A stretch of 57,697 bases of DNA, filler included, from Catajapyx aquilonaris (lineage: Eukaryota), in the NCBI GenBank assembly GCA_000934665.2. It is 2 parts of 2 records of this genome, joined end to end, with 100 filler letters (N's around TTAATTAATTAA, not from the genome) between each part and the next. Parts side by side here need not be neighbours in the genome. Positions count along the whole stretch, not along the records: positions 1 to 28,720 come from JYFJ02004887.1; 1 more part is not named here. One strand, written 5' to 3'. The notes beneath the pieces were generated by a model. That model saw only the letters and a program-made list of their open reading frames with translations. It ran no database searches and had not been told where the DNA came from. The position numbers and the translations under genes are program-made. Of this stretch, positions 13,001 to 24,017 are shown piece by piece. Each line of letters begins with the position of its first letter. Position 1 is the first letter of the stretch.

Positions 13001-16000
13001 TCTTCCCCATAGTAGCAGGGCAGGCCCTCTGTATCGGCAGGGTCAATCAGGACACCAAGCTTGTACTATCGCTGGACGACCCAGTCGATGGATTATATTT
13101 CATTCTAATTCTCGCTGACCAACCTAATTGTAGGGAAGCTTGAGAGGCAAGAGTCATTCTAGGTTGGTTCTAATAGATTTTTTCAACCACAAGGCTTTTT
13201 TGGGGGCAACCATAGCAGGGGTCGAAATATTTGAATGCACTCCAAACAGAGCCTTGGAGTGCAACGTATGCACTCCAGTTGGTCCTGCTTTTAAACATTG
13301 CTACATCCAGTAATTAAAAATTAAGCACTCCAAGTAAGTAATTTGCACTCCAGATGAACATCTGGAGTGCAAACTTTGCACCTGGACAAAAATTTAAGAC
13401 TCAACGCCTGCCATAGGCAGTTAGTGTTTAGGCATTCTGGTCAGCCATTCATGAGGTCCTGTTTAAAATCACAGGACTACAATTCTGACATGGGGATTCT
13501 TGTTTTCCCTGAACAACTCCAGGATAATTCTGGAATGGATTCCTTTTTGAATGACCATGGCTGCTTCCTTCCCTGTCATTTTCTGTGAAATATGTTGTAC
13601 ACATTTAGGCTACACTTTCCTTACCTGCTCCCTTCGTTGCTTTGTCATTATCATCCTGTTCAGGAGTGATTCGGTTCCTTGGAGCCTTAATGCATGTGTC
13701 CCTTCTAATGAACCACATGTATAAATCTACTTAGAAAGAAAATGTTTTATGCACAAAATACAGTCGGTATATTCCCTTTTATAACATGACAACAGCAAGT
13801 GAACAGAATTGTGACTGCTGTTTATAAAGTCCTAAGACCAGTCACATCAGAAAACAGGTAGGCCATAGAAAATGCAGCGAAACCTGCTCAAACTGTGCCA
13901 CAAATTGTACCTCAAACTTTAGCATGTATGTAGACTATTAGTATACCTACAGTTTTATGTGATCATTATTTTTTTGAAATTGAAATTTTTGTCAGGTGAC
14001 ATGTGTCAAGAACTCTGATATTTACTAAGAAACCTACTCGGCAGGCAACAAGTTGGACTGCTTTGGTGTGGCGTTGGCAGTGGTGGCTGGTTGCCAGGTC
14101 CTTGGCTTGAATGATGTTCACCTCTCCCTGTCAGAAGACCATGCCTGGGTGGTGTTTGGTCCTCGAGACTCCCCCTCTACTGCAGAAGTCACCTGGCATG
14201 GGAAAGGGAATGAGGACAAGCGTGGGCAACCCATAGAGGCCGGTGTGTGGGCCAAGTCATGGCTGTATCTCAATGGCCAGGCTGTGGTGTGTACTCGAGC
14301 AATGGAGGTGGCTGCCATGGTGGCGGCAGTGAACCCCTCCATCAATGCCTCCACTGACTCTTTGGAGGTTGCTAGGATGCAACAAGACCTGCTGTGGCTC
14401 CTATATGACTTGGGACACATCACCAAGTATCCTATGGCCATTGGTAACCTAGGTGACCTGGAGGAGGTCAGCCCCACGCCTGGTCGAGCAACTCCCACTT
14501 CCCTATTTCAAGAGGCTATAAACGCCACTCGTACCTTTTACAACAATCAGCACGTGTACCCCTACACTTTTCGTGGTGGTTACCTCTACAGGAATAAGTT
14601 CTACAAGGAAGCACTTGAGAGCTGGGCCAATGCCTCTGATGTTATTAGGCAGTTAGTATTTTTTGGGTTGTTGGATGTTGCACCTCTGTTTCTTGTGAAT
14701 CATGTGAAGGGTGTTTTTATATTTATTTTAAAAAGGAATTATGTGATTGTAGAAGCAATCTGTGAATGTGTATGTGCCAATGGAGAAGAAAAAGATAATG
14801 GTTCATATATGAAGAAATTCTTTCCAAATCTCTCAGACCATTTGGTTTAGGTAACATAACCTTGTGAGATGACCATTAGATTCTGTATCATGGATATCGT
14901 GTGTGCATACTGAATCAGGTTGATTTTTTGATTTCAAGGCACAGGGAAATGCCTTCACACACTGCTCTGTTGTTTCTTTTCCCCTACTTAAGTGCAGGAG
15001 TATTCACATGGTTTGGGACTATCCACAAAATTTACATAAAAGTGGGTCTGAGCTCTCTTTTTGTACCACAAGACTAGTGCATTTGTAACCTTTGGTTCAG
15101 CTGCTGGTAGGTCTACTCATAAACCATAGATAAAGAATGGACTTCTGTAAGTAGATCTTCATGTGGTTCCCATGGTATTATCGGGGCAGAAATGGCACGG
15201 ACACTTGTCAGTGGTCAGCTTACCCCCTATAGTGTCCATACCATTTCTGCGCTGATGGTACCTTTTGAATTCCAACCGCTGCATATTCACCAGTTTCCCT
15301 AATTATCAATCATAGTGCCAAATTATAAATTACAAAATGTTTCACACTAAATTACTAAACCATCTTAATGTTTTCTCTTTGCCTGTAATCACCCCTGTGA
15401 CATGAGAACTGGAAAGTGGTCTAACTCCTGTACATAAGCTACTGAAATTGAAAGGAAAGAAATTTCATGAGCAGAGAAAATGACAAAATATTATTATCGA
15501 AACACCTACAAAAAGAAGGAAGTTGATTTTTAAAATATATTTAGAATCGTGTTTTGTCTTGGTACAGATTGATTTCTTATGATTTTTGGCTGAAATACTA
15601 GCTAATATAAAGCCACAGTTGCTGCGAAATTTTTGTTAAAAACATTAGTAGAACTAAGGGATTAGCAAATTATACAGGGTGTTTATTACTAGAATGGCCA
15701 ACAGCCATTAGTGTATTCCTTGGGCCAAAACAAGTCAAAAATTTAGGGGGGAGAAATGTTGATGGACCAACCATTAACGTGGTAGATGACCAGAAACATT
15801 GGCTGGTGGTTGCCTAAGGAGCAATATGTGACCGGTGATAATCACTTCTGTGAAAGAGGTGATCTCACAAATCCCAACAGTCTCGATTATCATGCTCATA
15901 TCCTGCTCCTTAAGCAACTACTGACGAATTTTAAAGTGATGAACTGTAAGTCACTTTGTAGTGTTACATCCTACTTTGGAGGCATGATGTATCAAGGATC

Positions 16001-19000
16001 ATTCAACATTGTTATTAATCCAGATCTCAATGAAAGTCTTTGCCCTTGGATATTTGCAATGATTCATGGTCACAATATACAAATGCAAAGATACATTAGT
16101 GCCATCATTTAACATACTTGTCATTACCAACAAGATAATTTGGAAACAGTTAAATATCACCAAAGATGCATGTACATTGTGCCAATGTGAGTCCTGAAGG
16201 GACTATCTAGTTTGTCTGTGCTTATATACCCTCACCTTCAGCTTTGCCAGAGCAGAATGACTTAGATGCATTAGCCAACCTGCTGTTGCTTGCATTGTAG
16301 TCATGTTTCATTACTTGTGCAAAAGTGCTTACAAAGCCAGATCAATGACACTTGGACATATTTGCAGTAGTAGCTCTGGCTGAGTTCTACCTGATCAAAA
16401 GATTACGCAAATGTAGGAAATAGGAATGACACCACCTCCACCACCCCATAATTGCCATAAACAATGTGAAATATGAGGATACCAACAAAAATAAATGCTC
16501 GCAATAATGCTCTTATCTCACTAGTATGGCAGGAGGGAGGTACTGGAACACCCATCACATACACCTGACTGTAATTTTTCCAAAAATAAGAGCCAATGTG
16601 TTGAAAGATCTTCACGAATGCATTTGACCTGCATCAGACAGCAGCACTATCTTTGGCTGATTACAGCGAATGGCATTCAAAGGCTTCCTCATTGGTGTAG
16701 CAAGGTCATGCACAACCTTGGTGTCCAAAATGAGAGCCTTGAGGTAAGACAGAGAGCATTTTTATATCATATTTTCATGTTTCACGTTGTTAGATCGACT
16801 GGATGTGATGGATGGTGGTGTCATTCCTGTTTTATTTCCTGACATCTTTTGCTACATTTGCATCATCATTTTATCACTTTGGATATAACTTGGAGAGGGA
16901 TACAAAATGTAAATTCTTAGGTACTTGAATGAAAAAAATACGTGCCTAGGCTTTGTTCCAACCCTCATTCTTGAAATGCTTCATTACGTAACTTTATAGA
17001 AGGAATATTTTGACATAACAGGCCATCTTCGACATCAGAACTGAAATATATTGCCCCTGTTCACCTAGAACTAGGTATATCATTACATTATGCACCACCA
17101 TTTCCATATGTTGCAAGGGGAAATAAACCTTCATGATGCATACATGAGCACAGGCAGCCAGGCAGGGTGTTCTAGTGGAAATATCCAGTTAAGTTTGAAA
17201 TTTTTGGCACTAACCAGCCGCTTTTTAAACAGTTGCTTTTGAAGGTTGTAAAAAGTATTAACTCCATGGGCCAATATTTTTTATGCCTGAAGGTGTGTGT
17301 GGGAGGGGGCATCTGACATGCATAAAAATTGGTTCAACTGTCTAGTAATTACTGAAATATATGCAGCTTAGAGTCAAAAAATCACTAACTAAAACATTGG
17401 AACACCTTGTATGTTGATTTCAGGTGATTTTCTCAGGAGAATATAATTATTAACTATTGATTAGTTTCATTGGTAACAGCCCTCTTGCTCTCTTTGTAGT
17501 TACAACTACTCACGTGATGATGAAGAAATCTACAAGGAGTTTTTGGAGATAGCAAACGAGTTGATCCCCCACATAATGAAGATAGTGAGCTCCGGACACA
17601 ATGCCCACAGCTTGCTGAAGGACCCTGAATGTTTCGCCTACCTCTTGCGATTTTATGATGGGATCTGCCAGTGGGAAGAAGGCAGCCCTACCCCCATTCT
17701 GCACATTGGATGGGCCAAGCCCCTTGTCAACACCATCTCCAAGGTCTCTGCATTTCACCAGATGATTCACATGCCTGTATTTTGTATGGGAAAACTTCAG
17801 GCCGTCAGTTTTAATGCATAGGCCCTAGGACCTACCCACATAGCCATTGGTTTACTCCAGTTTTTAATTGGAGTGCAAGTATAAAATAACATTACACTGA
17901 CACTATTTGATTTTGTTTTCTGAATCAAGGAAATACTTAAAAAAAAAAAAATTAAGCGTAAGGCCTGAAATTTTCTTCCTTTTTATCAATCATAGTGTTT
18001 GATACATTCACAACGTTTGATACATTCACAACAAGCAATCATAGACCTTGTTTGTACATTTCCATTGCATGATCATGTTCCAAGTAGGAATATAACAGCC
18101 TGCATGATTTGGACATTCTCTCATGGAAGGTCCCATAGCTGTTGCAATGCATGCATCATGACTTTGTGACATGTAAGAACATACAGAGTATACTTCCTTT
18201 CACACTCACCTTAATAATGAACGAGTTCAAATGTACCGGTAATGTGTCTGGCATACTATGCGAGAAAATTCATTCCTTTTGAGAACATGAAAGTGAGGCC
18301 TTTAGGTTTGCACCCTTGTATAGGAAAGCTCAGTAAGCACTTTTAGGAAAACTTACATTCCACAAATTCTTTCATGAGCCCTAAATGTGACATGACAAGC
18401 AATATTGCATTTCCTTCTATTACTTCCGAGACATCTGACATGATCTTTCAGCTCCTGCATGACATTGATTTTCTGGTGAGGCACAAATGTTTCTCATGAG
18501 TGTCTACAAGATGAGATCCAAATCCCATCACAACTGGATAATATGGAAGCCAAGCAATTAACTCCTTTTCTGGTCAACTGTACTAAATCACTCAAAAAGA
18601 TGGAGATGATTTTGCATTTGGTGTCAATACAAAATCATCTCCATCTTTTTGAGCAATAAAGTACATGATATCAGTAATGAGCCCTAGCTGAATTTGATTC
18701 TAGAAGTTGAGATGTCCACAAACTGTACTGACACTATGTCAGAATTAGTGTCTTCAGTTCAGCTTAACCTCTTGAGACCTGAGAAGCCATTGGTGTAATT
18801 ATTTAGTAATACAGTACTTGGAAAGGACACTCTGTCGGGGAGGTGTAGAAGCCATTTTAAGTAATTTTATATATTTTTTTAAAATCACATTTTGCAAAAT
18901 TAGATGTCCAATATATTGGACATCTGGTCTTACATATAACATTCCTTCTCTACGTTTTTCAATGAATTATTTAAAAAATTTGCAAGGAGAAGAAAGTACA

Positions 19001-19820
19001 GTATCATGAAAGTTTTTATTACATATCGTCGGTGATCATGCAAAACCTTGTATCTTCCATTGGTTTTTGCAGGAGATACGAGGTTTTGCATGATCACCGA
19101 CGATATGGCGATCCTTTTAAAAATTCTGAAAAATTCCTTTCTGCATTAAGACAAAAATAAATACCACATTTCCTGCACTTCATTTTTGTCGTATTTGTCT
19201 TTTTTGCATGGAAAGCTGCTAAGTTTCCTTGCCAGAGTGCCTGGAGTATTTTTTCGCTCTAGCGCCATATCTTGATTACCACTCGAACTTACAAGGGAAG
19301 GCCGCGATGTGACACTAACGTATTTGGACCAAAATCGCTCAGTGGGTAAATCACATGATGCATAGAATTCACTGGTGAGCGTAAAAAGATGCATTACACA
19401 GCCATTTTTTTATGAGTGATGACAGATCCTGCATGCTCAATAGTGCCTCCACCTCCAAATTCAAAGGTTCCGGTTGCCGGACCTAGTGTTGTCTCACTTC
19501 CCCCCCTCCTCCCACCATTTTATTTTTGGCTGCACATACTGAAATTCAGTCGTGGTTCAGTCTAATTTCTGGAATAATGTCAACATATTCGTAAGAGATG
19601 GGCAATATACTGGATTCTGCGTCTTTTCTTGGATATGTTTTTCTCACCAAGGATGGCCCATACGGACTGAATTAAACATTGATTATTTGATCATTTGAAG
19701 GCTTGTACCTTCCCCTATATATGAGAAATAATTACTTACTTCACGGTGAGGAAAACACATCATCCAAAAAAAGAGGCTGAATCTAGTATATTGCCCATCT
19801 CTTATTTTGACATTATTCCA

Positions 19821-19856
<36 letters not shown>

Positions 19857-22800
19857 GATACCCTGTGACATTATTCCAGTAATTAGACTGAACCACGACT
19901 GAATTTCAGTATGTGCAGCCAAGAATAAAATTGGGGGGGAATGGGCCAAGTGAGACAACACTTGGCCCTGCAACAAGCTACCGTATTTACTCGGATATAA
20001 GACGCACACGCGTATAAGACGCACCCCGGTTTTGAGGCGAAAAATCGTGGAAAATCGGTTGTTGACGTATATATGACGCACCAACACGTGGCTGGCTCGT
20101 GACGACCTGCCGCGCACACCCTCCGGCAACATCAAGAGGGCCGCCCCGACAGTCATTGCGGGCTGGGTCAAATCTGCCTGGGACAACCTCAACCCGGAAA
20201 TCATCACTCGGTCATTCAAGAAGTGCTGCCTCAGTAATGAGCTGGACGGAACCGAGGATGACTTGCTGTGGCTCGACGACGACGCCGATGAGGAAGCGGC
20301 CGTGCAGGACGACGATGACGACTCGGATGGGGATGACGAGGATCCAGAGACGGCCAAGGAGAGCGACGATGACTGATTCGAATGTGCGATGTTTTTACAT
20401 TTTTCAATAAACGATTTTCATGATTTCTCACGGGTTTCGCCCTTTGTGCCCTGCCGTATAAGACGCACACGCGTATAAGACGCACCGTACTTTCTGAGCT
20501 ACAAAAATCGGAAAAAAAGTGCGTCTTATACTCGAGTAAATACGGTACTTCTGCGAGGGACCTTTGAATTTGGAGACGGAGGCGCTATTGAGCGTGCGGG
20601 ATCTGTTGTCACTCATATATTTAAAATGGCTACGTAATGCATCTTGTTACACTCACCAGTGAATTCTATGCATGTGATTTACCCACTGAGTGATTTTGGT
20701 CCAAATACGTTGGTGTCAACATTGCGGCCTTCCCTTGTAGTGCTATTCCAATCTTCTCCATAAGAAGGCAGTAAATAATTAAGTCCGGATGTCCAATATA
20801 TTGGACATGTGGTCTCACCAAACTAACTCTTCTTACCCTCCTAAATTTTGAAAATCTTTGGATTTTCTAATTCTGCTTGACCTATAGTGTTGTGCAAACA
20901 TCACCTCTGATGCTAATTTTCACATTAGCAGGGTCAAAATACAATCCAAAAGACCGAAAATTCCGAAATCACAACACCTGCGTCTGGTCGCGGGTGGCAG
21001 GTCGCCGGTCCCGGCTGGCCAGTCACAGGTCGTCATGACTGATATCAGTGATATGTAAATGATTGATTAAACTTGATTCATAAATTGTTACACAAAATCT
21101 ATTTCGAAGCTTGTGAGGTCATATTCTACTTTCTTGCGCCACCCTAGAGCGCGCTATAGTCCCGGCGACCGGGGACCTGTGACCTGTGACCGGCTGCTAT
21201 GTGTTGTGGCTTGGGAATATCACATTAAGCTTGTATTTTGAAGTGAAAATTAGCAACAGAGGTGATGTTTGCACAATACTATAGGCCAGCAGAATTAGAA
21301 GATCCAAAAATTTCCAAATTTAGGAGGGTAAGAAGAGTTAGTTTGGTTGTCAGGAGGTTAAGGATGCACTCAGTCTTCTCTAAGTAGTCATCATTGATAG
21401 GTTTAAGCCAGTTGCACTTATTACATACACAATTCAAAATAGGCTTGTAGTAAAATAAGATTTTCCACTTTAACCGTCCAGCAAGAAAACCTGAAAGTTG
21501 TACCTGTCGTCATTAAAATTTTTTTTATATCATGAATTCTCACTATAGTCAAGTTCTCATTATGTTTCTTAATCCTATTTCAGTTTGATGCCGATGTGCG
21601 AGCCCAGGTTGAAATAGATGAAGGGCAGCTACAGGAGCGCCACTTGGAACCCCCGTCTTCCACCTCTCCTCCTGTGAATGCTGCTCCAGATGAAGCCCCA
21701 AATGCCACCGATGCCTCTGACGTGGTGGGGAACAACAACACAAAAGGATTTGCCTCTGCAGAACTGATCCGCAACCTGGAGTCCCAAGTGGGCTCCTCTG
21801 AGGCTCCTCCACATCCATCCATTGCAGCACTTACACAAGCCTGTGGGGAAACCATTCTTAACCCAGGGTATCTACTGGGAGTCAGTGGAGGGGAACCATT
21901 TGTCAAGGCTCCAGGTTAGTTACAGGAAAAAAATGTTTTTTCCGAAGTTATATTTACAGAGACCATGGTTGGTTGTTTTGGGTAGAAATATAGGATAGGA
22001 CTGAAGTCAGAGCTAGTTAGAGCTTTGGGATGTGCGAAAAGGGACTATCCTTAGATGTTGGCAGCCTGATTTTGTGTCTTACTCATGTACTATACCCACA
22101 TGCTCCTTGGCCCCATCATTCATATATCAGTAGTTATTTACATTATTTTGCCATCACATTTTCTCTAACAATGATACAGACAGTTTCAGTAATAAGATTT
22201 TCATTGAACTCCATTCTGTACTGGCAGAGACCAGTTTTCCAGCTAGTGCATGATAATTTCACTCTTCAGACCTTCATGCCAGTGCAGCATGGAAAGTTTA
22301 CAGCCCACTTTTTTTTTTTCTTCTTCTTCTTCTTTTTTATATTTTTTACTTGGATACGTCTTTAAAATCGGATCAGGGGGCATGCAGGCAAAGGCGAATG
22401 TCACAGAAAAGCGTTACAGTCAGGGCCCTGCCAAGGGGCCTTGCCAGGGGCCCCATGGCAGGGCTAAAATCGGATCCGCATAGGGGGGGCATGCAGGCAA
22501 ACTCGAGCGTTACAGTCTGTTATTACCGAGTATGCTATAACTGACAGTATGTTACCTGCTCATTACGTCACACATATATACTTCCCCGCCCTTTGCACAT
22601 TACGTCACACATACTCCCCTCCCCTCTGCTCACAACATCACACACACTGCCCCTCCCTCTATGCACTGATGTCATCAAGGGATCAGGGGGCATGCAGGAA
22701 AACTTGAGCTTCACAGAAAAGCGGTACAGCAGGGCCCGGCCGGCCCCATGGCAGGGGCATTGGGGGGNCTGGGTAACGCTTTTCTGTAACGCTCGAGTTT

Positions 22801-23379
22801 GCCTGCATGCCCCCTGATCCGATTTTAAAGACATATCCACGCCTCCATGCATAGGTTGTGCCCGCAAAAGCTGTGGCTTGTGTCCCCGACACAACCTAAG
22901 GTGAGGTGATAGGGAGGGGATGTGCAATGTGCAGTGCATTGTTGTTTGCGAAGGTCATTTTGTGAACTCCCCCGGGTGGTTAGGCTATCAGAAATCCCAC
23001 CCAAGGTGAAGCGTGAGACAACCCCAAACTCTGCACAAGATGAAAGGGGGGAACCCGGGACCTTTCCATCTGTGGGCGCATACGTTACTGCCAGCGCCAC
23101 TCCGCCTCCCTGTTTACAGGCCACTTTCGAAGGCATTTTTCATTCTCATTTATCAGTTGTCCACTAAAAAAAGAAGAGAGAAAAAAGCCTATGCAGCTGC
23201 ACATGTGACACATCCACTCTTTCTCCTCTCTCCAATGAACGGAAAGAATCACTCATGCAACATAGTAGTGGCTTGTTGAATTAATTGCAGGCTATGGAAA
23301 TGTTTTCCCAGTCATGCCCGAAGTTGGCACTAGTTTGAAATAGGTCTGTCATAAGGGTTAATCACCCATGGCGTAATAA

Positions 23380-23446
<67 letters not shown>

Positions 23447-24017
23447 GTTTGAAATAGTTCCCTGGCAAGGTACTTATGTTGGTCCCTGAAAGAAAAAGGT
23501 GAGATTTTTTAACAACTGAATAATTAACAAAGATCATGGAAAAATGTGTGTTTCACTTGTCAATGATTGGCCTCAGGCCTTGAGTGTGACAACTATTGAT
23601 ATCTTTGTAGGTGAAAATGGAGTGGACCAATCAACAGAAGCCAAACCCAAGCCAGCACCTACTTCAGCAACTGAATCATCGACGACGACGACGACGACTA
23701 CGACGACGACGACGACGACGACGACGACAACCTCTGCTCCAGGAACTCCTGCTGTTTCAGCCACACCCAAGAGACCCTGTGTCCACCTCCACAGCCACAA
23801 GATGAGGGGATTGAGAGAGCTGCTTCTGTCTGAGAAGCTCAACACACATGCCATATCCCTTCAGTTGACAGCCCAGTCACAAGTGCAGGTGGGGAAGAAG
23901 GGTAGGGGAGGTGTGGAATCTGGGGGAGGGGGGGCAGGTGGTGGGGGAGGTGGAGGAGGAATGGGGGCCATAGAGGAGGGGATTGGGGTGAGGGCCAAAA
24001 GGGCAAGGCGTGATTGA
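10007..24017 (+). CDS. MEN1: Menin, 5 coding exons, 689 aa
   Basis: Exons 10007-10487, 14045-14651, 17500-17743, 21584-21914 and 23611-24017 join in frame with GT-AG introns (2070 nt). Motifs: [134 protein letters not shown], and C-terminal NLS KRARR. Confidence 0.96.
11884..12110. mobile_element. hAT (Charlie-like) MITE in menin intron 1
   Basis: Terminal inverted repeats CAGTGGTTTCCAA / TTGGAAACCACTG with a perfect 8-bp TSD ACTTAATG (11876-11883, 12111-12118). Confidence 0.88.
19292..20737. mobile_element. TA-flanked non-autonomous DNA element with ~105-bp terminal inverted repeats
   Basis: CAAGGGAAGGCCGCGATG...GATGCATTAC (19292-~19398) is inverted at ~20633-20737, with TA on both sides. 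A second internal inverted pair lies at ~19510-19583 and ~19867-19940. Confidence 0.8.
19981..20545 (+). mobile_element. Internally deleted pogo/Tc2-family transposon with transposase C-terminal remnant
   Basis: Terminal repeats CCGTATTTACTCGGATATAAGACGCAC / GTGCGTCTTATACTCGAGTAAATACGG with a TA TSD. An open frame ~20080-20376 reads [62 protein letters not shown] plus an acidic tail, typical of pogo-family transposase C-termini. Confidence 0.88.
20817..21347. mobile_element. MITE with ~105-bp terminal inverted repeats
   Basis: ACCAAACTAACTCTTCTTACCCTCCTAAATTT...CTAATTTTCAC is inverted at ~21243-21347. A one-arm fragment of the same family lies at ~11643-11780. Confidence 0.8.
22351..22839. 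mobile_element. MITE with ~40-bp terminal inverted repeats and internal subterminal repeats
   Basis: TGGATACGTCTTTAAAATCGGATCAGGGGGCATGCAGGCAAA is inverted at ~22798-22839. GGGGGCATGCAGG recurs internally at ~22485 and ~22686. Confidence 0.75.
22912..23110 (-). mobile_element. tRNA-derived SINE, family 1 (second copy)
   Basis: Reverse complement aligns by eye with 366-561 (TCATCTTGTGCAGAGTT...TCACAAAATGACCTT...TGCACATCCCCTCCC). Confidence 0.75.
23381..23446. repeat. (TTA)n microsatellite
   Basis: Direct tandem repeat in menin intron 4. Confidence 0.95.

Larger units (their letters stand above)
18768..21357. mobile_element. TTAA-flanked (piggyBac-like) non-autonomous element hosting nested insertions
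   Basis: TTAA-CCTCTTGAGACC at the left end and GGTCTC[insert]...AGGAGG-TTAA at the right end. The internal motif GATGTCCAATATATTGGACAT is repeated at ~18903 and ~20788. Confidence 0.5.

Noticed and set aside
19683..20485. 224-aa and other listed ORFs over the intron-3 nest
   Set aside because: They are antisense or off-frame readings of the pogo remnant and an (AAT)n tract. The real coding remnant is an ATG-less plus frame.
22351..22839. Recurring GGGGGCATGCAGG units as a CRISPR-like array
   Set aside because: Spacing is irregular, orientation is mixed and the context is a eukaryotic intron. They are subterminal repeats of a MITE.
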